NCBI GenBank assembly: GCA_001179505.1
Contig: CDMY01000436.1
Coordinates: 186,001-250,000, forward strand
Origin: Vitrella brassicaformis CCMP3155
Lineage: Eukaryota; Protista; Chromerida
Length of the DNA stretch: 64,000 nt
Direction of reading: 5' to 3'
The notes under the pieces were generated by a model. It was given only the letters and a program-made list of their open reading frames with translations, was not told the origin of the DNA and did no database searches. Of the stretch, positions 1-11,200 are shown piece after piece; the first letter of the stretch is position 1; every line of letters begins with the position of its first letter. The position numbers and the translations under genes were made by a program.

Positions 1-81
1 CGTCAATCACAGGCTGTGCGGAAGGCATACACACACACACACGCAGAGGTCCAGAGGCATGTCAGCAGCTCGGTTCGTCCT

Positions 82-2772
82 TCATCCCACCGGTTCGTAT
101 TCTTCTCTGAGGTCAGGCGGCGGCTGCTCTATGGATGATCGTCTCTCCTCTTCGCCGCCGGAGAAGATACCACTCTGCACCTGCACAAACAAGATGGAAG
201 ACATTCATCGTCTTGTGTCAGTCAGAAGGCCTTCATGATCCATCCTTCCTTCCACCATCCCCCCATCCATGCATGCGTCGTCTCACCTTTTGTGAAACCC
301 AGTCCCGTACTCTGCGCCACAGGCCCCTGGGTGAATAGTCCCGCTCCTCCGGCCGTTGTTGTTGCAGGCGCTGCAGACGGAGGGCGGAACGAGCCGCCAT
401 CTCCCTTTCCCGCTGGTGCTCCAGAATCTCATGGGGTGTCTTACGAGACACACACACAAGCACAGGAGGGATGAGACACAGTGTATTGTCCTCTGTATCT
501 CTGTGTGTACCATGGACTGAGGCCGGAATCGGTATCTCTCACGGCGATTCTCGGAACCTCTGTATGGCTGGTAGCCCTCCTCCACCGAATACTGAGAATG
601 CTGCGGGCCCACAAGGCACACAGAAGGACCAACCATGCCCAGAGACGATGGCAAAGATGAGGCACTACAGTGAATACCGGATGAACGTTTCTGTCCCTGA
701 GAGGGCGGAATCCACTCAGACGCTCTCTGCCCGTCCAGCCAGGAGGCGGATACCCAACCTGACCCTCAGCAAACTCGCGCGATCCAGTGTCCTGCACAGA
801 TCACACAAGTGAGCATGTCCATGGCTGTTGGTGAGTCTCATGCTTGCTTCCTCCCTCTCTCCTTCGCTCACCTGTCGTGACGGCGGCCCCCCAAGCAGAG
901 GGTAGCCGTACATGGGACGTCCCCCAAAGGGGCTTCTGTACCACACGGGCGGCGGCACGCTTCGCGGCCTGGCCCGGCCCCACATGTCGGTCATGGACAG
1001 CGGCCCCTCCGCGACGCGCTCCATTCCCAGCCGACGGGCCAGCATCCGGTCATACTCCTTCCAGGACTCCATCGCCACACGTCGACCCGACATCTCGGGC
1101 TCTATCAGACGGGGGAACTGACCTGAGTAGTCCTTGGGCCCGATCACGCCCGGCGCGTTCTGGAAGATGCCGCGAAGACCGACGGCACGGGCGATCTCCA
1201 GCGCCTGCGGGTGGGCTGCGAGGCGAGGAGGCAGGGGTGGCAGACGGCCGGCCCTCTCTCGCGACGGGAAGGGGTACCGAAACGGCGGTCTGGTGTAGGC
1301 GTGCTTGACCTCCTCGTCTTCGGGAATGCATGGGAGGCCGCGGTAGGGCTGGCCAGGTCTGAAGGGGCGATTGGGCGTCCGGTTGGCCCCTGGCACCGCC
1401 ACGGGGCGGGTGCGATAGTCATACTCCATCAGTTCCTGACACATGGGCACACACAGAGAGAGCGAGTGGCAAGGACTGCTGGCCATTTCTCCTTGGAGCT
1501 GACTGTGTTGAAGTCGTGGACACGGGAAACGATGTCATCGAAGAGTTGCTGAGGGAAGGAGGGGAGGGAGACATGAAGGAGGGAGGCAGTGGATTGAGCA
1601 AGTGCCTTTGTGGTGCTCACTTGGATGCGAATGTAGTGCCCCGGCAGCCATTTCTCCCCGGTGAACTTGGCGGGGATCTCCACCGCTGAATCTCGGTCGA
1701 GAGACATCAATACCTCCATCTTCACACACAGCAAACAGCCGCAGGGCAGAGACATGACGTGAGTCAGTTCCCCGCGCTCATCTCAGTCAGGTCAGCTGCC
1801 TACGCTGTCAAATCCAGCCCGAGTGAATCTTGAAGCCACTTCCAGCGGCAGCCCGTATCGCAGGAAGAAGGCAGCGACGCGCTGGCGCTCCCTCTCCAGT
1901 TGTTTGTCTGCACGAAGGCAAGATTGTGCACGTGGGGTCCCCCCCGTCTGTCTGCGCGCCGCGGCGTACCAGCGTTGAACAGGTGGGCGAATCCCCCCAG
2001 GTGGGTTTCGTACTTCTCCGACATGAAGTGAAGCAGGAAATGGGGGACGTTCTGAGGCTTCACGTGCTTGATTTCCTGTGCCCCACACCCAGCATCACCA
2101 CCCCCAACACAAGCAGCACCATGGCAAGCACCACTCATGGACCCCCCCCCCCCCCCNNNNNNNNNNNNNNNNNNNNNNNNNNNNNNNNNNNNNNNNNNNN
2201 NNNNNNNNNNNNNNNNNNNNNNNNNNNNNNNNNNNNNNNNNNNNNNNNNNNNNNNNNNNNNNNNNNNNNNNNNNNNNNNNNNNNNNNNNNNNNNNNNNNN
2301 NNNNNNNNNNNNNNNNNNNNNNNNNNNNNNNNNNNNNNNNNNNNNNNNNNNNNNNNNNNNNNNNNNNNNNNNNNNNNNNNNNNNNNNNNNNNNNNNNNNN
2401 NNNNNNNNNNNNNNNNNNNNNNNNNNNNNNNNNNNNNNNNNNNNNNNNNNNNNNNNCCCCCCCTTCACCCCCTCTCCGCCTCTCCTCATCAGCCTGGAGC
2501 ATGCCCCACAGACCCCACGGCCTTACCTGGTTCAGGCGTGTGCTGAGTTGCTGCATACGCTGTCGAGCCGGTTGCGGGGGGGGTCCATGGTGTGCGGGGG
2601 GGCCCTCGCGCTTGAGTTGGACGTGCTCTCCCCATCCGGGGCGGCCTAGCTTCTTCCTCTTCTCTATCAACTCCTCCTTCTCCGCTTGTGTCCGCGGCCC
2701 GAAGGGCCACGGAGGGACGAACTCCTCCCCCCCCTCGGAAGGCTCAGCTGAACTTTTTGCTGCTGAAGACAT
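82..2772 (-). CDS. Multi-exon hypothetical protein: N-terminal RIIa/Dpy-30-like docking helix pair, SAM-like domain, long Pro/Arg-rich tail
   Basis: Manual splicing via GT-AG introns gives MSSAAKSS...RMQQLSTRLNQ|EIKHVKPQNVPHFLLHFMSEKY...|DKQLERERQRVAAFFLRYGLPLEVASRFTRAGFDS|MEVLMSLDRDSAVEIPAKFTGEKWLPGHYIRIQ|QLFDDIV...|ELMEYDYR... The last exon ends ...DLREEYEPVG* (TGA 84-82). The 3' exon chain (82-800) is less certain. Confidence 0.7.
2157..2456. other. 300-N scaffold gap inside a poly-C run (intron 1 of the minus-strand gene)
   Basis: The N run is flanked on both sides by C homopolymer. Confidence 0.95.
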
Positions 2773-3021
2773 GAGTCACTGCTCAAGTAGGAACACTTTC
2801 TCGAAGGAAACAACGACGAAACTGAGGGGAAGAAAAAAGTCGAGACTGAGGCACCCAAACCCTGTAGGTTTCCAAACCCTTCCCCTTTTTATCCCTTTCT
2901 ACAAGGTGCAGCCACACTCTCGTGTGCAGCCACGTACACGCCTTCCGCAATGTTTGGATCTATCTCTGTTCCTCGTCTGCTTGTGTTGTTCTTGTGTGCA
3001 GATCTGCACAGCCAAGTATTG

Positions 3022-4058
3022 ATGAGGCGCCTTGGTGGTGCTCTTCGGCCGCTGCCTCTCAGCCCTTCATCTCCTTCATCGCCACCAGTGTGCCCTCCTC
3101 CGCTTTTGGTGAGGCAATGGGCTCCATCTCCGTTTCCGCCACCTGGAGCCGCATCGATATCGAGATGGCCACAGACACAGCAGATGGCCTCTTGCCGCTC
3201 CCCCGCCACCACCCTCATTCCTCCGTCGCCCTCTGACAGCCCCATCAGCAGTGATCCATCCAACTGGCAGCGCAGTCTCGGCGGCATCCGTCGCTTCAGC
3301 ACGCGCAATTTGCACGGGCGGCTGTTTTACAAGCGGCGTCCGAAGATGGTGCCCAAGTTCCTGCCGCGCAACTGGCGTGTCAAGTGGCTGGAGGGCGCGC
3401 CCAATAAGAAAGGCGTGTGCGTCAAGGTGTACGTGACGACGCCCAAGAAGCCCAACAGTGGCCTTCGTAAGGTGGCGCGGGTCAAGCTGTCGACTGGCAA
3501 GACGGTGACGGTGCACATCCCGGGCATCGGGCACAACCTCAACGTGCACTCGGTGGTGCTGGTGAGGGGCGGGCGGCTGCAGGACGTCCCGGGCGTCAAC
3601 TACAAGGTCGTCAGGGGCAAGTATGACTGCCTGCCCGTCAAGAACCGAAAATCAAAACGATCCAAGTAAGGCAGACACAGAGGCAGACGCACGGAAAGGC
3701 CCCCGAACACACACCCGCCGGCTGCTCTCCGTGCCGCTGTGTGCTCTCAGGTACGGTGTGAAGTTGCCAGCTGATAGGAAGCAGTGGCGCATCGACCGCC
3801 TCAACAAGAAGTGGCTGACGACGGCCAAGGACCGGGAGCGCTTCAATCAGTTCAAGTGGTTCAACTACCGCCATCCCGACGGCACACGGATGCTGGAGCC
3901 GCTCAAGGAGGGCGAGGAGGTGCCGCCCGTGCCGTGGTTTAATTTCAAATACCGGTGTGTGATGATGCAAAATGCTGGCACCCGGGACGGTGCGTGATTC
4001 TTTGTTTGTTGTGTGCAGGGAATACTTGAGGAAGAAGGAGGCCGGCGCCAAGACATGA
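3022..4058 (+). CDS. rps12: Nuclear-encoded mitochondrial ribosomal protein uS12m (S12), 3 exons
   Basis: Contains [37 protein letters not shown]...[33 protein letters not shown]. Splicing 3665/3751 restores the conserved RSK-YGVK. Exons 3022-3665, 3751-3954, 4019-4058. A long Ser/Pro/Arg presequence ends at RRF-ST. An alternative start at 2950 is possible. Confidence 0.93.
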
Positions 4059-4194
4059 ATGACAAGGGTGGGCTGGCTATGGCTGGCTGCTGCCTGTCGA
4101 CATGCATGCGTGGAAGTGTGTGCATTGATTGAGTGAGTGCTTCTGACTGATGCCTCACTTCACTTGGGTGTGTGATTGTGACAAGATTCTTCAC

Positions 4195-5576
4195 ACATCA
4201 ATTGGTGGCTTCGATACGTGTGTACAGACGATCGCCAGTGAGTGAACGTTACTCAATCGTGCATCTGTACACAGCTGTACACGTTAGCACAGTGATCGAT
4301 CGATCTGCTCACAGAAGAAAAAAGCAAAGCAAAGCAACACGTCTCTCTCTCTGTCGAATCGCTCTCATTTGCCGTGTGTTCGGCGCTGATTGATTGATCC
4401 ATCGGCACGACTCACTCATCCATCGAGTGAGTGACTCATCGCCCACCCCACTGCCTGTGTCTCTGTGCGCCGGCTCACTCTCTGCCTCCGAGTGACTGTC
4501 ACCCACCCATCCGTCGGCCATCCATCCGTCGACGACGGCCAGCAAGTCGACGGCCAGCACCAAGAAAGCGGGACCCAAGCGACCTCGAACTGCCTGTATG
4601 TCACACTCACACACACCCATGACACAGACAGACAGACAGAGACAGAGAGAGACAGACAGGCAGCTGATGGAGAGAGGTCTGCCTCATGTGTGGTGTGTCT
4701 CGTGTGTGTGTGTGTGTGTGTGTCATTGCAGACTTGTACTTCTCGATGGAGCGCAGGCCAGAGGTCAAGGAGGAGAACCCGACCATGGCATTTGGAGAGA
4801 TTGCGAAGCTGTTGGGTGTGCAACAAATACCACATGCAACAAACACCAAAAACACCACACCCACGCCCCGTATGCGCCATGCATATGTGTGTGTATGTGC
4901 AGGTGCTGAGTGGAAGGAGATGTCGGACGAGGACAAGCAGCCGTACAAGGATCAGGTCACACACTCACACAGAGACGACATGACATCCATCCATCCATCC
5001 TCACTCTCCTCTGTCTCTCTGTCTCTCTGTCTGTCTGTGTGTGTCAGGCTGCTGAGGACAAGGAGCGCTACGAGCAGGAGAAGGCCGAGTGGGAGGAGCA
5101 GGAGGAGGAGCAAGACGACAACCAAGACGACAAGGCATGAGCCAAGGGCATGCACCACACACATGACCATCAACACGAGACGACAAGAGAGACACACCAA
5201 TGAACTGACCATCGCACAAACAGACAGACAGAGAAGGACAATCCATGCATGCCTCATATGCATCGCTCTGCCCGTCTGAGTGATCGAGTGGCTGCGTGTG
5301 AGTGACCCGAGTGCGGGCAAACGACTGCATGTGTGTGTCGGTGTGACGCGTGTGCGCATGAATCCATCCATGGTTGTGACCTGGCTTGCATTTCGTCCAA
5401 TGACATGGCCGTCAATTGACATCCACGCACCTGTCCGCACGCACTCAAGTTAAGGCCGACCACCGAACTCGAGATCTTAAAACAGCCGCACAGATGGACG
5501 GCTCATGCATGCAGTGCTATGCATGTGTGTCCGGGTGTGTGTGTCAGACACAGTGAGCATTGATATTGACATCCAT
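4195..5576 (+). repeat. Left arm of a long-range inverted duplication (HMGB locus with promoter, introns and 3' flank)
   Basis: Matches the reverse complement of ~60019-61480, from the catcaattgg...ggtggcttcgatacgtgtgtacagacgatcgccagt block to the ...attgacatccat block. Confidence 0.92.
4496..5140 (+). pseudogene. NHP6/HMGB-like single HMG-box copy lacking its start codon (probable pseudogene or N-truncated paralogue)
   Basis: Spliced frame ...STKKAGPKRPRTA|YLYFSMERRPEVKEENPTMAFGEIAKLLG|AEWKEMSDEDKQPYKDQ|AAEDKERYEQEKAEWEEQEEEQDDNQDDKA*. There is an in-frame TGA at 4493-4495 and no ATG before the box. The segment carrying the paralogue's ATG (MAKASSK...) is missing. Confidence 0.7.
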
Positions 5577-5709
5577 GGTGACGGTGTGAGAGGCCTTTCT
5601 GCGGCATGGAGAGCGAGAAATGGGACAGAGACACGACCTATCCAGCATGTGCCTCGACATACGAATGTCGAGGCTGCTGACTCTTGGTGAGCACATTGCA
5701 ATCAACGGG

Positions 5710-8144
5710 TCAAACAGCCTTCAACATTTTCGTATATATTTCCTGAGCCTGTCTGTCCTTCATCGCTTGATACGCCCATATTCCACCACTGAACCGTCAC
5801 TCACCCAGAGCACATTCAAGCGAGGAAACGATCAGATCAAACTCACATGCACGACGTGTCTCTCAAACAGCGAGTAAACAAACTACCTCCTCTCCGGCAA
5901 TCACTCACTCACAGGATGGCTGTCATGAAGTAGCCGATAAAGATGCAGGCAATGTAGATCTGCAGCAGACCGTACGCCAGCTCAAACCCGATCAAAAACC
6001 TTCAAGACACACAGGCCAGGCACACACAGAGACCAATGGATGCGTTGCATGAGAGATACAGCACAGCACACCATCTACAGTATCTATCTCTCTGTGTGGT
6101 CACTCCACTCACCCGAGCAGCGTGAGGTACATGGGCGCCAGAGTGGTGGCGAGGAGGACCTTGAGGATCTGGCTGAAGATGAACATCGACAGCGCCACAC
6201 GGGACGACTGGAAGGTGAAGCGGAAGAAGTAGATGAAGATCCACCGGTACGCCAGCGCCCAGTTGATGATGAACGAGGCGAACTTCTGGATGTCGTGGTT
6301 GGGGATCAGCGGGATGCCCCCGCCGCCCCCGCCACCTGCCATGGGGGAGATGGCGGGGAAGCGGCTGCCCTGGTGCTGCAGTGTCGTCAGCAGCTGCTCG
6401 GTGCGGGCCGCCGCACGCTCGATCAGGTCGCCCTGGTGGCCGTTGTCGCCGCTGCCGGAGCCGAACAAGACCTGCATCAACACAAGGGGACATGTGCACC
6501 CCACCCCGGAGGGTTGCTGTGCTGTGCGTGGTGTGTGTGATGTAATTCATTACACACTTGTGCGGCTGAGAGGGCCTGCACGGGATACTCCACGCCATCG
6601 ATGGAAACCGTCAGAGGGATGCTGCAAGGCAAGCACAACACGGCGATGGATGAGTACTTGCTGTACTGTATGCAGCTTAGCTTTTGAAGGAGTGCGGTGC
6701 AGTCCAATTGCTATCGTCTTACTTTCCGTTGAGGTAGTGTGCGTATCTCTTGGACAGGTTTCTGAGGGCGTCGGGGGCTGCCAGGGCCTCGCACGCAGCC
6801 GTCTGCTTCAGGTGGCACGTCAACTGCATGCCCTCACCGCCACCCTCAACATGGGGCCTGATCAGCAACAGATCAGCAGCCATGTCTTCGCTCTCTGTCT
6901 GTCTGTGTGTCAGTCATGCGATGCTCACTCGACTGTGTATTGTCCTGATTTGTCTGCAGTGAGCTTCCAGCCATGTGGGAAGTCAGGGTCAGTGCAGCCA
7001 GCTGGGCGACTGACGATCTGCAGACAGACAGGCACAGCGCACAGCCATGGATGAGCTCTTGCCTATGCCGTGACACGTTCCTGCCAGGCTCGCCTGTCTG
7101 ACTGACCTCGATCTTATCGGCAATGGCGAAAGCCGAGTGGAGACCCAAGGTCAGCTGAACACAACACGAGCATCAAACAAGCCATCACCCAGACATGAGA
7201 GATTGAAGAAGCGCGTTGGTCCATCCATCCGTGTGTGTTATGTCACCTGTTCTGTAAGTGCCGTGGCGTTGACGCATTTGGTGGTCAGGTTGGTGAGGCG
7301 GTCCTTCATCGATGACCACGGCAGGCCCGCACCACGCACCTTGTGGACCGACCAGCCACACACCACCACACCACACCCGATGCAATCAATCAATGGTACT
7401 GCTGGGTCGGATCCTGTGTGTGTGCGACTGAGTCGGTGACGTGACGTGACGCACCTCCAGGTTGAGTGTCTGCGGCTGCTGTGTGGCGGCCGTGTTGGTC
7501 GCGCTCACGCTGACCTTCAAACCGCCGCGGGTGTACAGACCAAATGTGTCACCGGTCACTGCACAACACAGACAGACCCATCCACTTCCAGTTCAGGGGA
7601 GCCGAGCCAGTCGTGCGCGACGCGATGGATGTACCTTCCATGCCTCCATCGTCGTTACCTTTGTTTCGCGTGGCTTCGACAATCCAGCCATTCGCCTCCC
7701 GAAACAGCTCACGAAAGACATTCTGACACAACACACACACACACATCCATCCATCCATCGTCCCGACATCTCTCTCATCCCCCGCCCACCTGTCGCTGAG
7801 GGTTGCGGCCACTTGCCACAATGCCGATCAGCTTCCTCGTCTCATGAGGCACAGACATACCACTGCCAACGCTAGAGCTGCTGCTGCTGATAGAAGGAGG
7901 AGGCGATGGGCTGCCGCCGCTCGAAGGCGAGTGCAGCAGCCGCGCCCCCCAGGAGCAGCCCACCGCCCTTGCAGCGTTCAGCGCATCCTGCGCGGGCAGC
8001 CGCCTCACCAGCACTGCCGACGGGTGCGACGATGCCGTGACACCGATCTGCCTGCACCAAGCAAACGAACACAAGAGCGTCAGATCTCGGTGTTTTGCAG
8101 ACTTGCACACTCAAGGTGTACCTCGCCAGCTGTCGTGGCAGCAT
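5710..8144 (-). CDS. Mitochondrion-targeted membrane protein with a degenerate HSP90/TRAP1-type N-terminal (GHKL) domain and C-terminal hydrophobic helices
   Basis: About 11 GT-AG exons splice in frame: MLPRQLAR|QIGVTASSHPSAVLVRRL...|NVFRELFREANGW...|...GGLKVSVSATN...QTLNLE|VRGAGLPWSSMKDRLTNLTTK...|LTLGLHSAFAIADKIE|IVSRPAG...GWKLTADKSGQYTVE|PHVEGGGEGMQLTCHLKQ...LRNLSKRYAHYLNG|...|hydrophobic exons...|GGIWAYQAMKDRQAQEIYTKMLKAV*. An alternative stop lies at 5909-5911 if the last intron is not used. Confidence 0.72.
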
Positions 8145-8291
8145 CTCTCCCTTCCTCCCTTTCGCTGATTAGCTCGCAGATCTGCGCAGCTGAGCTCGCA
8201 AGGGCCTCTCCGACAAGGCGCAGAAGAAGCGTTGAAGGGTGGGCTGAGCAGCACTGGCTCACGCCGCCGTGCAAATCGCAGCTGTTCCAGT

Positions 8292-11200
8292 ATGCTTATG
8301 GGCCCTGTGTCCGATGTGGCGGATGAAGTGAACTCGCACGGGCGGCGCGACGATTCCTTCTTCACCTGTTGTGACATTGTCAGCATGAGCAAGAGCATCA
8401 GCGGCGGCGCGGACCGCTACATGCCGATTTCCTCTAACATAGCCGAGGGAGAAAGCTTCACCGCCGCAGACGAGTGGCAGCATCCACGGACAGGTGAGCC
8501 AGGGAGCAAGGAAACCAAATGTTGACCTTGCGCATGAGAGGCATTGCTGGCTCTCGTGCGCATTGCAGGTGCGTCGGCTCATCGGCCCTCCCCTCACGGG
8601 GACGCGCTGCTCCCGATGAGCGGGACCATCGACGCTGAAGGCATCCACCTCACCCGCTCGGCGCACCAGTCGCCCTCCAACCGGCTCAACTTCATCTCCA
8701 TGCCCGTGCCCAACACGGCCCCGCCGTCCGCCCCATCGTCGATGAGGTGTCTGCCTTCCATCCGCAAGTGTCTGCCATCGGTGAGGAGACGACACCGCAA
8801 CCGCGAGCGGCTCTTCCAAAGGCAGCTCACCGACGGAGATGACGGCTTTCTCGGCGTGGAGGATGACAACGACGAGTACTGCATCAGCGAGGGAGGCGGC
8901 AGTGGCAGCCCCTATGCGCTGATGGATGCCGATGCGGATACGTCGCTGCCCGTGGGATTTCCGCCGAAGTCGCTGAGTGACAGCCCTTCCGGCGCCGAAG
9001 AGCACACGCCCACCGCACGCACCGCGGTGAAAAGGGCAGGCTGGTCGCGCGCGTGGAAGGACCGTCTGACCCTCTCGCGCAAGGCCAAAGGCACCGCCTC
9101 GACCACGGACCGGTCGCCGAAGCGCCACCCCCGCCACCTGCACCCTCCCCCATCGCCCCCAGCCGTCCCCTTCCCGCCCCCATCATCCACACACGAACAC
9201 GTCAACCAAGCTGCAGCAGCAGCAGCAAGCGGCATCTGCAACCACGCGGCTGACGACCAGGACGCCGCCAAGGGGGGCGGGAGTGGGGGCGCGAGCCCCA
9301 GCGACAAGAGGGCCGAGAACGACGATGCTGCCAAGAGGGGAGGGGGAGGGGGAGGCAAGAAAGACAGTGACCCCAACAACAATAGAGACAACGACCTCCC
9401 AGGTGGCGGCGGCGGTGGGCCGGAGGAGGGCGGCGAGGGTGGGGGAGGGGGAGGGGGTGACGACAACAACGGTGAGGAGGAGTCGTCCGCTTCGGAGGAT
9501 GACGAGTTTGTGGACTGTGAGGAGGAGGAGGATGAGAACGAGGAGGAGGATGACGACCCCGACCCCGACGTGCAGCAGGCCGCCTTCGGGGCCGCTCTGA
9601 ATGGCAAGGGCGCCGTGGATGGCGCCACGGGGGAGGATTGGCACGGCTACCTGCCGGCGCATCTGCGGGAGAGGGATCGCATCCCGAGGAGAAGGGCGCT
9701 GGCGGCACAGAAGGGCGAGTTCAAGCTGTCCCTTTGGAGCCTGCTCAAGGTAGGAAGCAGTGGGTCGTTGCAAGCTCACATACAGATGTACAGGCGATTG
9801 TTTGGTGTGTGGTGTGGTGTGTGCATCAGGACACTGTTGGCAAGGATTTGTCTCGCATTAGTATGCCCGTGACGCTCAACGAGCCGCTCAGCTTCCTGCA
9901 GGCACGCACCGCACAGAACATAACACAAATATATAAACGAAAACCACATACATCACAACAACACATCTGTCTGTCTCTGTCTGTCTGTCTCTGTCGTTGC
10001 CGTCAGCGTTTGGCCGAGGACGTGCAGTACCATTCCCTGCTGACGGCTGCGGCCAAGCAGACGTGCCCGCTGAAGCGGCTCGCACACGTGGCGGTGTTCG
10101 CATGCACCCCGTATGCCACGTCAGTCAAGCGTCTGCAGAAACCTTTCAACCCCATTCTAGGTCAATCAGTCACCCCCACCCCGCCAGCACACACACGGGC
10201 AAGGCAGGGAGTCTCCTATGTTATGTGTGTGGTGGTGTGTGTGGTGTGGTGTGGTGTGGTGTGCAGGTGAGACGTACGAGGTGAGCCATCTGGGGTACCG
10301 CATGATCGCAGAGCAGGTGTCGCACCACCCGCCCGTATCGGCCTACCACGTCATCGACGACAACCACAACTTCACTCTTTGGGGGTCATGCCACGGCAAA
10401 ATCAAATTCACCGGCACGACCGTCGAAGTCAAAGTCGCCGGTAAGCTTAGCTAGTGGGCAAGGGATGGATTCGACGAACGAACGAATGGATGGATGGATG
10501 GATGAGGACGTGTTTGTGTGTGTTTGTGTGTGTGTGTGTGTCAGGTTGGGTGCGTCTGCGGCTGCGGACGTGTGACGGTTGGGAGGAGTACGTCTGGGGG
10601 CGGCCCATCACTGTCGTGCACAACATCATCTTCGGTCGGTCGGCTGCTCTCCTCAAGAGAGGAATGCTCTCACTGCAGCACACATCATATCTATCTTATC
10701 TAGGCGTGTACCTACCGTGCGTGTGTCTGTCTTGTGTGTTGTGTTGTGTTGTGGTGCGTTGTGTTCGTTGTTTTGTCGCACTTAACTGCAGGTGGGCTGT
10801 GGATGGAGTGGGTTGGCATGGTGTCGGTGCGTAACTGCACGCGAAGACAGACCGCCATGCTCGAGTTCATGCGACGCACAGGCGGCATGTTCACCAAAGC
10901 ATCACCCCTACACCAACTGAGGTAACTAACGGTAGTTGACACCTACCTACTCACACACACCAATCACCCAACACACACTCTCTCTCTCGTGTGTCACGTC
11001 ACCCACCATCACAGAGGCGAGGTCCGCGACGAGACGGGCACCCCCCACTACGTGGTGGGCGGCTGCTGGAGCCAGCACATCTGGGTGCAGACCGTCAACG
11101 CGCGACAGCCGTCCTCGCCAGACAGCGGCGGGTCCAACCGCCCCTATGACGTCTCGTACGACCCCCCGACCACCGGCCTGCAGCGGCTGGACGGCGTCCA

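Noticed and set aside
1800-3022. Long ORFs spanning the N gaps (also 19003-20001 and 41547-43063)
   Set aside because: They are artefacts of translating N as X. The real coding frames come from spliced exons.
8259-9708. Antisense ORFs overlapping the large OSBP exon (likewise over the beta-propeller and MAPK exons)
   Set aside because: They are shadow ORFs expected from GC-rich codon usage, with no independent motifs or splice logic.
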